64,000 nucleotides of DNA from Rhodothermales bacterium (GTDB lineage Bacteria > Bacteroidota > Rhodothermia > Rhodothermales > Bin80). Below are positions 39,528-49,213 of this stretch, in pieces. The position numbers and the translations under genes are program-made. How positions within the stretch are numbered: position 1 is the first letter of the stretch; every line of letters begins with the position of its first letter. The stretch is taken from NCBI GenBank assembly GCA_958296045.1, contig CATQHT010000003.1:2666814-2730813 (forward strand), given 5' to 3'. The notes below the pieces were generated by a model, which saw only the letters and a list, made by a program, of their open reading frames with translations, ran no database searches and was not told where the DNA came from.

Positions 39528-39731
39528 GCATGCTCTCTACCGTCAGCAGCAACGGTGGTTCCGCAGCGTGGACAAGCCAATGTGGTGAATCCAACGGTGC
39601 TGCGTATATCCACGCAAAACGGCCAGTGGGTCCGACGGAATTCTGCCACCTGATCCGAGATATATCTACCCCTGGCTGCATCCTGGTCAGGGTGCGTATG
39701 ATGATCTGCCAGAAGGGCGAAATGGGGCAGG

Positions 39732-40115
39732 TTATATCGGGTCACTGCTGGCTATCGCGGGAATGGCGGGCCCTTCTGTGGTGCGCTGCCAAAGTACGGC
39801 TTCATTGGGACGCGTCACACACTGTGATAGCCGAACAGGGCAAGGCATCGGTGTTGTTCTGCCGTTGGAAGGGGGGCTTGCGGGCGAATCTGACACATCA
39901 TAATGCGGCTCCAGAAGGAAAAACATCGCCAGCGAAGCCAAAGACGCCAGGAGGCCCCCGGCCACAGTCACCGCAAGCCCCCACAAGAAGTCTCCCCCGT
40001 CAGGTAACACCAGAAGCGGCAGCATGGCAGCTGCCACCGAGGCGAGCGCGGCCTTGCTTAGTCCGGCGACACCATAGGTCTGCGTCCTCACCATGCCAAG
40101 GTGTCCAACGATCAC
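39732..40115 (-). CDS. possible small 2-TM membrane protein whose first ~15 codons derive from tnpB (array copy 1, stop lost)
   Basis: MVRTQTYGVAGLSKAA (compare tnpB MVKTRTYRVTGLSKAK), then LASVAAAMLPLLVL and LWGLAVTVAGGLLASLASLAMFFLL. Coding status is uncertain. Confidence 0.25.
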   Translation of the reverse strand: MIVGHLGMVRTQTYGVAGLSKAALASVAAAMLPLLVLPDGGDFLWGLAVTVAGGLLASLASLAMFFLLEPHYDVSDSPASPPSNGRTTPMPCPVRLSQCVTRPNEAVLWQRTTEGPAIPAIASSDPI

Positions 40116-40280
40116 ATCCGCACCTGAGTACCATGATCCTGTCAGCTGGCAAACTATAATTCCCAGGTAACGACCAATAGCTGGGGGCTATCTCACGCTT
40201 ATCTTGGAGTAGCCTTCTTGACAAGCCAAGCCGCAGCCAATCTCCTCGTCTGGATGAGTTAGGCGCGCTGCAGACCTAGC

Positions 40281-40763
40281 CTACAGGCGCGTGGCTTGCT
40301 CCAGGTAAAAGTAAATTCCTGCTATCACGCCGATGGCGGAGATGACCGAGAATCCGATACCGATCAGCCATTTGGTCAAGCGAAACTGCCTATCGGTCAT
40401 CTGCATTAATGTGGTAAGCTGGTTTTGTTGGGCATCGAACTTGGCAGTCATCTCCGCTTTCTGGGCATCCAACTTGGCAGTTACCTCCGCTTTCTGGGCA
40501 TCGAACTTGGTAGTTATTTCTGTCCTAAGCGCGGCTTTCTGGGCATCGAACTTGGTAGTTATCTCTGCCCTAAGCGCAGCTATCTGGGCATTTAGGGCCT
40601 CTAATTTCGTTTCGAAGCGGTGAATGAGCTTGGCGGAAGCCATCTTTTCCAAGAGCTTGATCAGTAGGTGAGCGTCTCGTCCGCTGCTGCCGGAACGTCG
40701 GAGAAGGTCGAAAAGTAGCGCGCCGTCAGGATCCTGGTGCTCGCTGTGTTGGACGTCGGACAT
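40281..40763 (-). CDS. tail-anchored coiled-coil protein (DUF1640-like), array copy 2, 160 aa
   Basis: Same architecture as copy 1 with two 11-residue repeats. ATG start. Confidence 0.75.
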   Translation of the reverse strand: MSDVQHSEHQDPDGALLFDLLRRSGSSGRDAHLLIKLLEKMASAKLIHRFETKLEALNAQIAALRAEITTKFDAQKAALRTEITTKFDAQKAEVTAKLDAQKAEMTAKFDAQQNQLTTLMQMTDRQFRLTKWLIGIGFSVISAIGVIAGIYFYLEQATRL

Positions 40764-41093
40764 GCATGCTCTCTACCGTCAGCAGCAACGGTGGCTCCGC
40801 AGCGTGGACATACCAATGTGGTGAATCCAAAGGTGCTGCGTATATCCACGCAAAACGACCAGTGGGTCCGACGGAATTCTGCCACCTGGTCCGAGATATA
40901 TCTACCCCTGGCTGCATCCTGGTCAGGGTGCGTATGATGACCTGCTAGAAGGGCGATATGGGGCAGGTTATATCGGGTCACTGCTGGCTATCGCGGGAAT
41001 GGCGAGCCCTTCTGTGGTGCGCTGCTAAAGTACGGCTTCATTGGGACGCGTCACACACTGTGATAGCCGAACATGGCAAGGCATCGGTGTTGT

Positions 41094-41351
41094 TCAGCCG
41101 TTGGAAGGGGGGCTTGCGGGCGAATCTGACACATCATAATGCGGCTCCAGAAGGAAAAACATCGCCAGCGAAGCCAAAGCCGCCAGGAGGCCCCCGGCCA
41201 CAGTCACCGCAAGCCCCCACAAGAAGTCTCCCCCGTCAGGTAACACCAGAAGCGGCAGCATGGCAGCTGCCACCGAGGCGAGCGCGGCCTTGCTTAGTCC
41301 GGCGACACCATAGGTCTGGGTCCTCACCATGCCAAGGTGTCCAACGATCAC
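41094..41351 (-). CDS. possible small 2-TM membrane protein (array copy 2, 85 aa)
   Basis: Same as 39732-40115 but ends ...SPPSNG*. The unit-3 counterpart (42255-42570) needs a frameshift. Confidence 0.3.
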   Translation of the reverse strand: MIVGHLGMVRTQTYGVAGLSKAALASVAAAMLPLLVLPDGGDFLWGLAVTVAGGLLAALASLAMFFLLEPHYDVSDSPASPPSNG

Positions 41352-41516
41352 ATCCGCACCTGAGTACCATGATCCTGTCAGCTGGCAAACTATAATTCCC
41401 AGGTAACGACCAATAGCTGGGGGCTATCTCACGCTTATCTTGGAGTAGCCTTCTTGACAAGCCAAGCCGCAGCCAATCTCCTCGTCTGGATGAGTTAGGC
41501 GCGCTGCAGACCTAGC

Positions 41517-41966
41517 CTACAGGCGCGTGGCTTGCTCCAGGTAAAAGTAAATCCCTGCTATCACGCCGATGGCGGAGATGACCGAGAATCCGATACCGAT
41601 CAGCCATTTGATTAAGCGAAACTGCCTATCGGTCATCTGCATTAATGTGGTAAGCTGGTTTTGTTGGGCATCGAACTTGGCAGTTACCTCCGCTTTATGG
41701 GCATCGAACTTGGTAGTTATTTCTGTCCTTAGCGCAGCTATCTGGGCATCGAACTTAGTAGTCATCTCTGTCCTTAGCGCAGCTATCTGGGCATTTAGGG
41801 CCTCTAATTTCGTTTCGAAGCGGTGAATGAGCTTGGCGGAAGCCATCTTTTCCAAGAGCTTGATCAATAGGTGAGCATCTCGTCCGCTGCTGCCAGACCG
41901 CCGGAGAAGGTCGAAAAGTAGCGCGCCGTCAGGATCCTGGTGCTCGCTGTGTTGGTCGCCGGACAT
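41517..41966 (-). CDS. tail-anchored coiled-coil protein (DUF1640-like), array copy 3, 149 aa
   Basis: Same architecture with one 11-residue repeat. The N- and C-terminal parts are nearly identical to copies 1 and 2, although the flanking DNA is much more diverged. Confidence 0.75.
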   Translation of the reverse strand: MSGDQHSEHQDPDGALLFDLLRRSGSSGRDAHLLIKLLEKMASAKLIHRFETKLEALNAQIAALRTEMTTKFDAQIAALRTEITTKFDAHKAEVTAKFDAQQNQLTTLMQMTDRQFRLIKWLIGIGFSVISAIGVIAGIYFYLEQATRL

Positions 41967-42665
41967 GCATGCCTTCTACCGTCAGCAGCAATGGTGGTTC
42001 CGTAGCGTGGACAAGCCAATGTGGTGAATCCAAAGGTGCAGCGTATTTCCATGCAAAACGACCAGTGGATCCGATTCAATGCGGCCACCTGATCCGAGAT
42101 ATATCGACCACTGGCTGCATCCTGTTCGGGGTACGTAGGATGATCTGCCAGATGGGCAGGTTGGGGCAAGTTGTATCGGGTCACTATTCGCTATCGCGCG
42201 TGTTGGCGGACCCCTCTCTGGTGCGCTGCCAAAATACAGCTTCATTGGGACGCGTCACACACTGTGATAGCCGAACAGGGCAAGGCCTCGGTGTTGTTCA
42301 GCCGTTGGAAGGGACACTTGCGGGCGAATATGGCACACCCAGCCGCGGCCGCAGAAAAGATAACATCGCCACCAAAGCCAGAGGCGACAGGAGCGTGGAC
42401 GCCAGGAGTCCCCAGTCACAGTCATCGCGAGGCCCCCATCCCCCATGGAGAAGTCGCCCTCGTCCAGAAACACCAGAAGCAGCAGCATGGCAACCACCGA
42501 GGCGATCGTGGCGGCTTTGCGTCCTGCCATCCAGCTTTCTGTCAGGGTCACCACACCCGGAACGGACCACCGGGCAGGATAAGTCCCAGCCCTCTGGCCT
42601 GAGCGCCAGGAATGCTCAAATCGGAACCAACAGACGCGGAAGGGGAGGCCCCTATGTAAGCCAGC

Positions 42666-45600
42666 CTACACCGACGCTTCCTGCGAGGCCGAGGTGCGCC
42701 CGAAGGTGCGCCCCCGCCAAAGGTAAAAGACTACGGGAATCACAAAGAGACACAACACCGTTGCGGAAATCATGCCCCCCACCATGGGCGCCGCCACACG
42801 CTGCATGACCTGTGACCCGGTGCCATGCCCCCACATCAATGGAAGAAGTCCTGCAACCACCGTGATCACCGTCATCAGGACCGGCCGCAGGCGCCAGGTC
42901 GTGCCTGCAATGACCGCCTCCCTCAGATCCTGCATGCTGCTCATGCGGCCTTCGGCTTCTCTAGATTCACACGCACGATGCAGGTAGGTCAGCATCAGCA
43001 CGCCCAGCTCAGCTGCCAGGCCCGCCAGCGCCAACAGACCAACGCCCACCGCCACACTTAGCGCATAGTCCAGAAGGTGTAACAGCCATATGCCGCCTGC
43101 CAAAGCGAATGGCAGCGATAACATGACCATAAGGCACTCGGCCAGACGACCGAAATTCAGGTACAACAGCAGCAGAATGATCAGCAACGTGACGGGTACC
43201 ACAATCCGCAGTCGCGCCTCGGCCCGCTGCATGTATTCAAACTGCCCGCTCCACATCAGGCTGTAGCCGTCGGGCAAATCCACAGCGGCAGCGACAGCGC
43301 GCTGGGCCAGCGACACGTACGTCCCTACATCAGTGTCCCGAATGTCCACATAAACCCATGCGGTACGGCGCGCATTCTCGCTCCGGATCACAGGCGGTCC
43401 CGCAACATAGTCGAATGCGGCTACATAGCTGAGCGGAATGCGCGCCCCGTGCGGCGTGTCAATGAGCATCCGACCTATCGCCTCTGGCGTGCTGCGCAGA
43501 TCACGGCTGTAACGTACGCTGACCGGATAGCGCTCAAGGCCTTCTACCGTACGTGTCACGTTCGAGCCGCCAGCGGCAGACATAATAACTTCTTGGACAT
43601 CAGCAACAGCAAGCCCGTAGCGAGCTGCCTCCTCACGGTTGATCGTAAAGTCCAGAAAGTTGCCGCCCAGCGTCTTGTCCGCAAAAGCACTGGCCGTGCC
43701 AGGCACCCCGCTCAGTGCCGCAACAACCTCCTGGCCGAGCGCGGCCAAAACCTCAGGGTCTGGACCCATAATCTTGACACCTACGGGAGTCTTGATGCCG
43801 GTCGACAACATGTCCGTCCGAGCTTTGATCGGCATAGTCCATGCATTGGTCAACCCGGGGAAAGCGATCGCCTGATCCAGCTCCTCCACGAGGCGCTCGT
43901 GCGTCATGCCCTCTGGCCACTGACTCCTGGGTTTGAGCCTGATAGTGGACTCAATCATAGATAAAGGAGCAGGGTCCGTGGCGGTTTCCGCACGCCCAGC
44001 CTTACCTAACACATGTTCCACCTCTGGAAAGGAGGCGATGATCCGGTCCGTCTGCTGAAGCAGCTCCTTGGCTTTGGTGATGCTGATGCCAGGATCCGTA
44101 GTCGGCATATAAAGCAAGTCCCCCTCGTCAAGGGGAGGCATAAACTCGGAGCCAAGCCTGCTGAGTGGATAGGCGGTAGATGCCAGCACCAGCACGGCGC
44201 CCGCTAAGACGAGCCAGCGCCGCCGGAGCGCCACTCGGATCAGGGGCCCATAGATAAAAGCGAGTAGCCGGTGAATGGGATTCCTTGCAGCTGGCGTGAG
44301 CGAGCCCCGAACGAAGTACCCGACCAGCACAGGCACCAACGTCACCGCCAGAAGCGCAGCCGCCGCCATAGCATACGTCTTCGTGTACGCCAGCGGACCA
44401 AACAGGCGTCCCTCCTGGGCCTGCAGCGCAAAAACAGGCAGGAACGATAGCGTAATGATCAACAGAGAATAGAAAAGCGGCGGACCCACCTCCTTAGCAG
44501 CACCGGCCACCACAGACCAGTGGTCCTTTTGTCTGCTGCTAAGCGCGAGATGGCGATGCGCGTTTTCCACCATCACGATGGCCCCGTCCACCATGGCGCC
44601 GATAGCGATGCCGATCCCGCTTAGCGACATGATGTTGGCGTTGAGCCCCTGAAAATGCATTGCCAGAAATGCCAACAGAATCCCAAGCGGCAGCGAAAGG
44701 AGAACAACGAGCGTGCAGCGCACACTTAGCAGAAAAAGCATGACCACCACCGCCACCATGAGGCATTCCTCCAGAAGCTTGCGCTTGAGGTGGTCAATGG
44801 CGCTAAGGATGAGCCCGCTGCGGTCATAGGCCGCCCGAATGGTGACACCAGGAGGCAGGCCATCCTCCAGCGCCGCAAGCCGCTCTTTGACGGCTTCAAT
44901 AGTCTCCAGCGTGTTGGCGCCGTGGCGCATCACTATGATGCCCCCCACGACCTCACCTTCGCCGTTGAAGTCCGCCACCCCGCGCCGAAGCTCGGGCCCC
45001 ACCTGGACACGAGCCACATGACGGACCAGTATCGGGATGCCCCGATCGTCCACACCCACGGCAGTCTGCTCAATGTCTTCCACGGACCGGATATAGCCCA
45101 GACCACGCACCATAAATTCCGATTCTCCTATCTCGATGAGCCGCCCGCCCACATCACTGTTGCTGCGCTCTAGGGCGCTGCGCACTGCCCGGAGCGATAC
45201 CCCGTACGCCTGGAGCCGGTTGGGATCCACCTCGACCTGATATTGCTTGACGAAGCCACCCAATGAAGCCACCTCGGCCACGCCCTCCACGCTCATCAAC
45301 TCATAACGCAGAAACCAGTCCTGTATAGAGCGCAGCTGCTGAAGGTCGTACCGGTTGCCTCCTTCGAGCACGTATTCGTAGATCCAGCCCACGCCCGTGG
45401 CGTCCGGGCCCAAGGTAGGCGTGACGCCCTGCGGCAAGCGGCTCGCCACGACGTTGAGGTATTCTAGGACGCGCGAGCGTGCCCAGTACAAATCGGTGCC
45501 GTCTTCGAAAATGATGTAAACAAAAGACACCCCGAAGAAAGAGTAGCCCCGTACCGTTTTGGCATAGGGTACCGAAAGCATGGCCGTGGTGAGCGGATAC

Positions 45601-45797
45601 GTGACAAGATCTTCGACCACCTGCGGCGCCTGCCCCGCAAACTCCGTGTGGATGATTACCTGTACATCCGAAAGGTCCGGGATAGCATCGACGGGGGTGC
45701 GCAGCATTGCATACACACCGCCCAGTCCCGCCAGAAGTGCGAAGATCAGGACCACGAAGCGGTGCCTGACCGAGGCCTCTATAATATGGTGCAACAT
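42666..45797 (-). CDS. CusA/CzcA-family heavy-metal efflux RND pump
   Basis: 1043 aa. 12-TM RND architecture with two large periplasmic loops. The family-typical N-terminus is MLHHIIEASVRHRFVVLIFALLAGLGG. Last gene of an OMP-adaptor-pump operon. Confidence 0.9.
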   Translation of the reverse strand: MLHHIIEASVRHRFVVLIFALLAGLGGVYAMLRTPVDAIPDLSDVQVIIHTEFAGQAPQVVEDLVTYPLTTAMLSVPYAKTVRGYSFFGVSFVYIIFEDGTDLYWARSRVLEYLNVVASRLPQGVTPTLGPDATGVGWIYEYVLEGGNRYDLQQLRSIQDWFLRYELMSVEGVAEVASLGGFVKQYQVEVDPNRLQAYGVSLRAVRSALERSNSDVGGRLIEIGESEFMVRGLGYIRSVEDIEQTAVGVDDRGIPILVRHVARVQVGPELRRGVADFNGEGEVVGGIIVMRHGANTLETIEAVKERLAALEDGLPPGVTIRAAYDRSGLILSAIDHLKRKLLEECLMVAVVVMLFLLSVRCTLVVLLSLPLGILLAFLAMHFQGLNANIMSLSGIGIAIGAMVDGAIVMVENAHRHLALSSRQKDHWSVVAGAAKEVGPPLFYSLLIITLSFLPVFALQAQEGRLFGPLAYTKTYAMAAAALLAVTLVPVLVGYFVRGSLTPAARNPIHRLLAFIYGPLIRVALRRRWLVLAGAVLVLASTAYPLSRLGSEFMPPLDEGDLLYMPTTDPGISITKAKELLQQTDRIIASFPEVEHVLGKAGRAETATDPAPLSMIESTIRLKPRSQWPEGMTHERLVEELDQAIAFPGLTNAWTMPIKARTDMLSTGIKTPVGVKIMGPDPEVLAALGQEVVAALSGVPGTASAFADKTLGGNFLDFTINREEAARYGLAVADVQEVIMSAAGGSNVTRTVEGLERYPVSVRYSRDLRSTPEAIGRMLIDTPHGARIPLSYVAAFDYVAGPPVIRSENARRTAWVYVDIRDTDVGTYVSLAQRAVAAAVDLPDGYSLMWSGQFEYMQRAEARLRIVVPVTLLIILLLLYLNFGRLAECLMVMLSLPFALAGGIWLLHLLDYALSVAVGVGLLALAGLAAELGVLMLTYLHRACESREAEGRMSSMQDLREAVIAGTTWRLRPVLMTVITVVAGLLPLMWGHGTGSQVMQRVAAPMVGGMISATVLCLFVIPVVFYLWRGRTFGRTSASQEASV

Positions 45798-45835
45798 GCG
45801 GCAGCCTAACGTTAAAAGGCGTTCCGACTTGGCGC

Positions 45836-47164
45836 CTAGTGGTGGTCGTGGTGCATCTGAGGGGCGGCTAATGCGGTGTCCGCGGCCTCAGGTTCGTTGC
45901 TAACGGGTCTCATCTGGCGCAACGATTCCTGGAGTCGGCTGTCGCTGTCGAGCATGAACTGAGCTGAGGTCACCACCGACTCGCCTGCCCGCAGGCCTTC
46001 GACCACATGCGTGAAGCGGCCGCGTTCTCCGCCGGTCTCTCCTACCTGGATCTCCCGGGGCTCATAGCGGCCCGGCGCGACGGCCACGAACACTATAGTG
46101 CGTTCGCCGGTGCGAATGACGGCGTCGCCTGGCACGACCAGAGCATCCGTGCGCGCCAGCGCTTCAAGGTGCACGTTGACGTACATGCCGGGCTTAAGCT
46201 GCCAGCCGGGGTTGTCAAACACCAGGCGAACCAGTACGTCGCGTGCCTCTTCGCGCAGATACGGATAGATGTACGAGACATGTCCAGCGAACCTGCGCCC
46301 GGGCACATAGGCCAGCTCCATGATGGCGGCCTGGCCCCGGAAAACCCACGGCAGCTCGTCTTCGCGGATGCTGGCATGCACCCACACAGTGGACAGATCA
46401 GCAACCTGATATAGGGACATACCCGCTGGTACATAAGCGCCTAGCACGGCACCGATCTCTTGTATGACGCCACTGGCTTGCGCGCGCATCACTGCGGTCT
46501 TGCGCACTTGGCCTGTTGTGGCCAGGCGATCAATGTCTTCCGCTGGAACGTCCCAGTATTCCAGGCGCTGCCGTGTAGAGGTAAGAAGCTCCTGCGCGTC
46601 GTTGCGCATCGACGCAAAGCGGCTTTCCTCTGAAGCTCTGTGATGCGCTAAGGCAAGCAAGTATTCCTCTTGTGCGGTCACCAGCTCCGGTGCATAAATC
46701 TCCAGGAGCGTGTCGCCCTTTGCCACGGATTCTCCAGCGTATGCCACATGCAGGGCTTCAATCCAGCCAGCAACCTTCGTGCTTACCACATGCTGAGACT
46801 CTTCGTTATATTCGATGGTACCCGCAGCGCGCACGATGCGCGACAGATCACGCCGCTCAACCAGCGTAGTGCGTACGCCCATATTCTGGACGGTGACGGG
46901 ATCGATGGAGACCTGACGCGCCGGCGTGCTGTCATTATCGTCCGCATAGACGGGCACTAGGTCCATACCCATGGCTGACTTCCCCGGATTATCGTAGGTT
47001 TCTAGCGGGTTCATGGGAGCCCGCCAATAAAGAATGGTCCGGCTTTCGTTCGTCTCGGCTGTTGAGGGCGCGGTAGATTCCTGCACCATGGTGGCGCGTC
47101 CCAGCAAAAAGGCGCCCGCGGCAACTAAGAAGGTTACCGTGAAAGCTATGACGAGTCGTGGCAT
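45836..47164 (-). CDS. efflux RND periplasmic adaptor (CusB/HlyD family)
   Basis: Membrane anchor. Cys-less version of the N-terminal metal-binding motif (YWRAPMNPLETYDNPGKSAMGMDLVPVY). Barrel-sandwich and hairpin regions are present. The tail PQMHHDHH is His-rich. Confidence 0.85.
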   Translation of the reverse strand: MPRLVIAFTVTFLVAAGAFLLGRATMVQESTAPSTAETNESRTILYWRAPMNPLETYDNPGKSAMGMDLVPVYADDNDSTPARQVSIDPVTVQNMGVRTTLVERRDLSRIVRAAGTIEYNEESQHVVSTKVAGWIEALHVAYAGESVAKGDTLLEIYAPELVTAQEEYLLALAHHRASEESRFASMRNDAQELLTSTRQRLEYWDVPAEDIDRLATTGQVRKTAVMRAQASGVIQEIGAVLGAYVPAGMSLYQVADLSTVWVHASIREDELPWVFRGQAAIMELAYVPGRRFAGHVSYIYPYLREEARDVLVRLVFDNPGWQLKPGMYVNVHLEALARTDALVVPGDAVIRTGERTIVFVAVAPGRYEPREIQVGETGGERGRFTHVVEGLRAGESVVTSAQFMLDSDSRLQESLRQMRPVSNEPEAADTALAAPQMHHDHH

Positions 47165-47175
47165 AAGATTTCTGC

Positions 47176-48546
47176 TTAATCGGTCGTGGTCTGTTCCACG
47201 TCCCGCAAGGATCGAACGCCCAGTGTCCGCTCCAATGATGCGATGGTCTTAAGGCAAAGGGCGAGGACATCTTCGTAGCTCGTGCCGAGGGTGAACAATG
47301 TTTTTTCGGCTTCGAGTAGCTCCGCATAGTCTGCGGTGCCGGTGGCGTACGCGTTAAGTGTGGCCTGGCGGGTTGTTGTGGCCAAAGGGATGAGCACCTC
47401 CTCGAGAAGGGCCAACTGCTCTTGTGCCTCATCTAGACGGCGGACGAGCTCGGCGATACTCGTCTGTATTGAGGTATGGAGCGCTTCCGACTCAGCGGCG
47501 ACCCTTTGCCTGGTGAGCTGCGCCTCTTCTATGCGCGCGTCCAACCGCCCGCGCTGCAACGGCACGCGTACAGAGAGGCCAATGGCGAATGCGTCGCGGC
47601 CCCTCGCCCACGACACCGCATCGTGGGGCTGCACATCGAAGTAGCTAAGCCGCACGCCGAAGTCGGGCATCAAGGCTTTGCGCGCAAGCGTAATGCCTGA
47701 TTCTGCACTCTTAGCAGCCGCCTTTAGCGCTGCATGTTCCGGGCGTCGGGCAAGGGCCAACGCCAGCATCGCTGCTTCACCTTGCACTAACAGCGGCGGC
47801 GGTCCTACGCGGAGCGCGCCCAGAGATCGGCCCAGCTCCGAGCGCTCCATCAGGGCGGCTAGCGTTTCGGTGGCCTCCGCATGCTCCGCATTCAGCGCCA
47901 GCAGCGTCCCAAAAAGCAGGCTGCGTTGCAGCTGCACATGGAGGATGGCCTGCTGCGGGCCCAGCCCCACCTCATATTGCGCGCGGGCATCTGTAGCAAA
48001 CTGGTCCAGCCGACTCTGAAACGCCAGGATGCGAGCCTGATGCTGCTGAACGCGGTACAGCTCGAAATAGGCGTGCTTGGCGTGCATCTCAAGGTCTGCT
48101 TCGAAGGCGGCCGCGCGGTAGGCTGCCTCTTCAGCGCCCAGCGTTGCCATACGGCCGCGCAGCATGCGCTTGCCAGGAAAAGGGAACTGCTGTTCGATGC
48201 GCCACTGACTGCGCTGCCCACCGCGTGCGGCCGCGAATTCCATCGGTTGCACGATCATCGTCACCAGCGGATCGGGCAGGGCGGATACCTGCGCAGCGCG
48301 TGTGGCGTTTGCCGCTGCTCCGAGACGCATGGCGCGCAGCGACGCGTTGCGAGCTCGCACCTGTTCGAGCACCGCCTCTAGGGTCATCACGGAATCAGTC
48401 ACCTGGGACAGAGGCTGCGGCTGGGCGGTTGCAGCGTGCGCCCATAGCAGCATCGCTGCCACACTGGCGCCAATACAAAGCACACGTTTCATGGGGTTAC
48501 TGAGCTGAAAAGACTGCCAGGGTCGCCGTGAGAAGGAGGCTCTCAC
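47176..48546 (-). CDS. TolC-family outer membrane efflux protein
   Basis: Signal peptide and two tandem OEP repeats rich in coiled helices (LEEVLIPLATTTRQATLNAYATGTADYAELLEAEKTLF). Confidence 0.85.
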   Translation of the reverse strand: MRASFSRRPWQSFQLSNPMKRVLCIGASVAAMLLWAHAATAQPQPLSQVTDSVMTLEAVLEQVRARNASLRAMRLGAAANATRAAQVSALPDPLVTMIVQPMEFAAARGGQRSQWRIEQQFPFPGKRMLRGRMATLGAEEAAYRAAAFEADLEMHAKHAYFELYRVQQHQARILAFQSRLDQFATDARAQYEVGLGPQQAILHVQLQRSLLFGTLLALNAEHAEATETLAALMERSELGRSLGALRVGPPPLLVQGEAAMLALALARRPEHAALKAAAKSAESGITLARKALMPDFGVRLSYFDVQPHDAVSWARGRDAFAIGLSVRVPLQRGRLDARIEEAQLTRQRVAAESEALHTSIQTSIAELVRRLDEAQEQLALLEEVLIPLATTTRQATLNAYATGTADYAELLEAEKTLFTLGTSYEDVLALCLKTIASLERTLGVRSLRDVEQTTTD

Positions 48547-48568
48547 GGCCAGAGAGCAGCCCAGTCTA

Positions 48569-49042
48569 TCAGATCAGAAACGTGGCCAGGACGGCCTGCT
48601 GGTCGGCGGACAGGCCAAAGAGAGGGGGTGGTGTAGCGACAGGCCGAATGGCCCCCGGCGGCAGGAAGGATAGCCTGCCGAGGTGATCGCTGATCAGTGC
48701 CTGCGGCGCGACTTCCAGTGACGAGGCGCTCCGTAGCACAATCGCCAACAGCGGAGCGTCAGGGGCTGGCGGCCGCACGCTGCAGCACGTCAGGCCTTCG
48801 GGGCAATGGGCTGTGCGCGGATCATCGTTCTCGGGCGTGGCATTGCTTTCGTGGCCACTATGATGAGGGCTGTGGTCCGCGTCAGCGCTTTCGTTGTGGT
48901 CCTGGCAATGGCTTTGGTTGGTGTGCTCGCCACTGCCCAGTAGCGCACAATGCGGCGCAAGCAATGTCCCAAAGGCGCTGCAAAAAAAGCATAACGCCAC
49001 CAAGGAGCACATCAGCCGGCTTGTCCGGATCGTATACAGCAA
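48569..49042 (-). CDS. hypothetical His/Cys-rich exported protein, first gene of the efflux operon
   Basis: N-terminal hydrophobic segment, then HCALLGSGEHTNQSHCQDHNESADADHSPHHSGHESN...HCPEGLTCCS. Ends 23 nt upstream of the OMP gene. I recognise no family. Confidence 0.45.
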   Translation of the reverse strand: MLYTIRTSRLMCSLVALCFFCSAFGTLLAPHCALLGSGEHTNQSHCQDHNESADADHSPHHSGHESNATPENDDPRTAHCPEGLTCCSVRPPAPDAPLLAIVLRSASSLEVAPQALISDHLGRLSFLPPGAIRPVATPPPLFGLSADQQAVLATFLI

Positions 49043-49213
49043 CTTTGCTCGGAAAAGTAGGGGTGCGACGCACCAAGCGTTGCAGGCTGGGAGCCGCCAG
49101 GCAACGCCGCCTTTAATATAGGATACCCCTGGCGAACGTGATGTACCCAGCGCCAGCGATCCCGCCAGCCGTACCTGTGGACCCTACCTTAGCCGGGAGT
49201 GCACGCTTGCCGC

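Larger units (their letters stand above)
38784..42520. repeat. threefold tandem array (units of about 1266, 1236 and 1235 bp)
   Basis: The landmark GGCCTT(A/G)CTTAGTCCGG recurs at 38784, 40050 and 41286, and the stop context CTACAGGCGCGTGGC recurs at 39012, 40281 and 41517. Units 1 and 2 are nearly identical. Unit 3 is clearly more diverged outside the coiled-coil gene. Confidence 0.9.

Noticed and set aside
39425-39745. 106-codon minus-strand ORF 'B' with a CPRCG zinc-ribbon-like motif. It is open at exactly the same length in all three array units (also 40661-40981 and 41864-42184) and overlaps the start of the coiled-coil gene by about 100 nt.
   Set aside because: In the overlap, 6 of the 7 differences between units 2 and 3 are non-synonymous in this frame, whereas in the coiled-coil frame all 5 changes after codon 4 are synonymous. 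In the non-overlapping body about a quarter of residues differ between units 2 and 3, including loss of one Cys (CPRCG to CPRYG). That is what neutral drift at the observed nucleotide divergence would give. It probably stays open only because of GC-rich composition. I did not list it as a CDS, although a fast-evolving gene cannot be fully excluded.
42641-42653. Small hairpin AGGGG-AGG-CCCCT just downstream of the RND pump stop, and TCGAATA-N9-TATTCGA (56736-56758) downstream of der, considered as possible intrinsic terminators.
   Set aside because: The stems are only 5-7 bp and are not followed by a convincing U-run on the transcribed strand. They are too weak to call as terminators.
39530-42808. 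Long plus-strand ORFs across the array units (39530-40159, 40958-41395, 41969-42808).
   Set aside because: They are Pro/Arg/Ser/Gly-rich, low-complexity translations antisense to the coiled-coil and TM frames. They are poorly conserved between units, with different lengths and ends.
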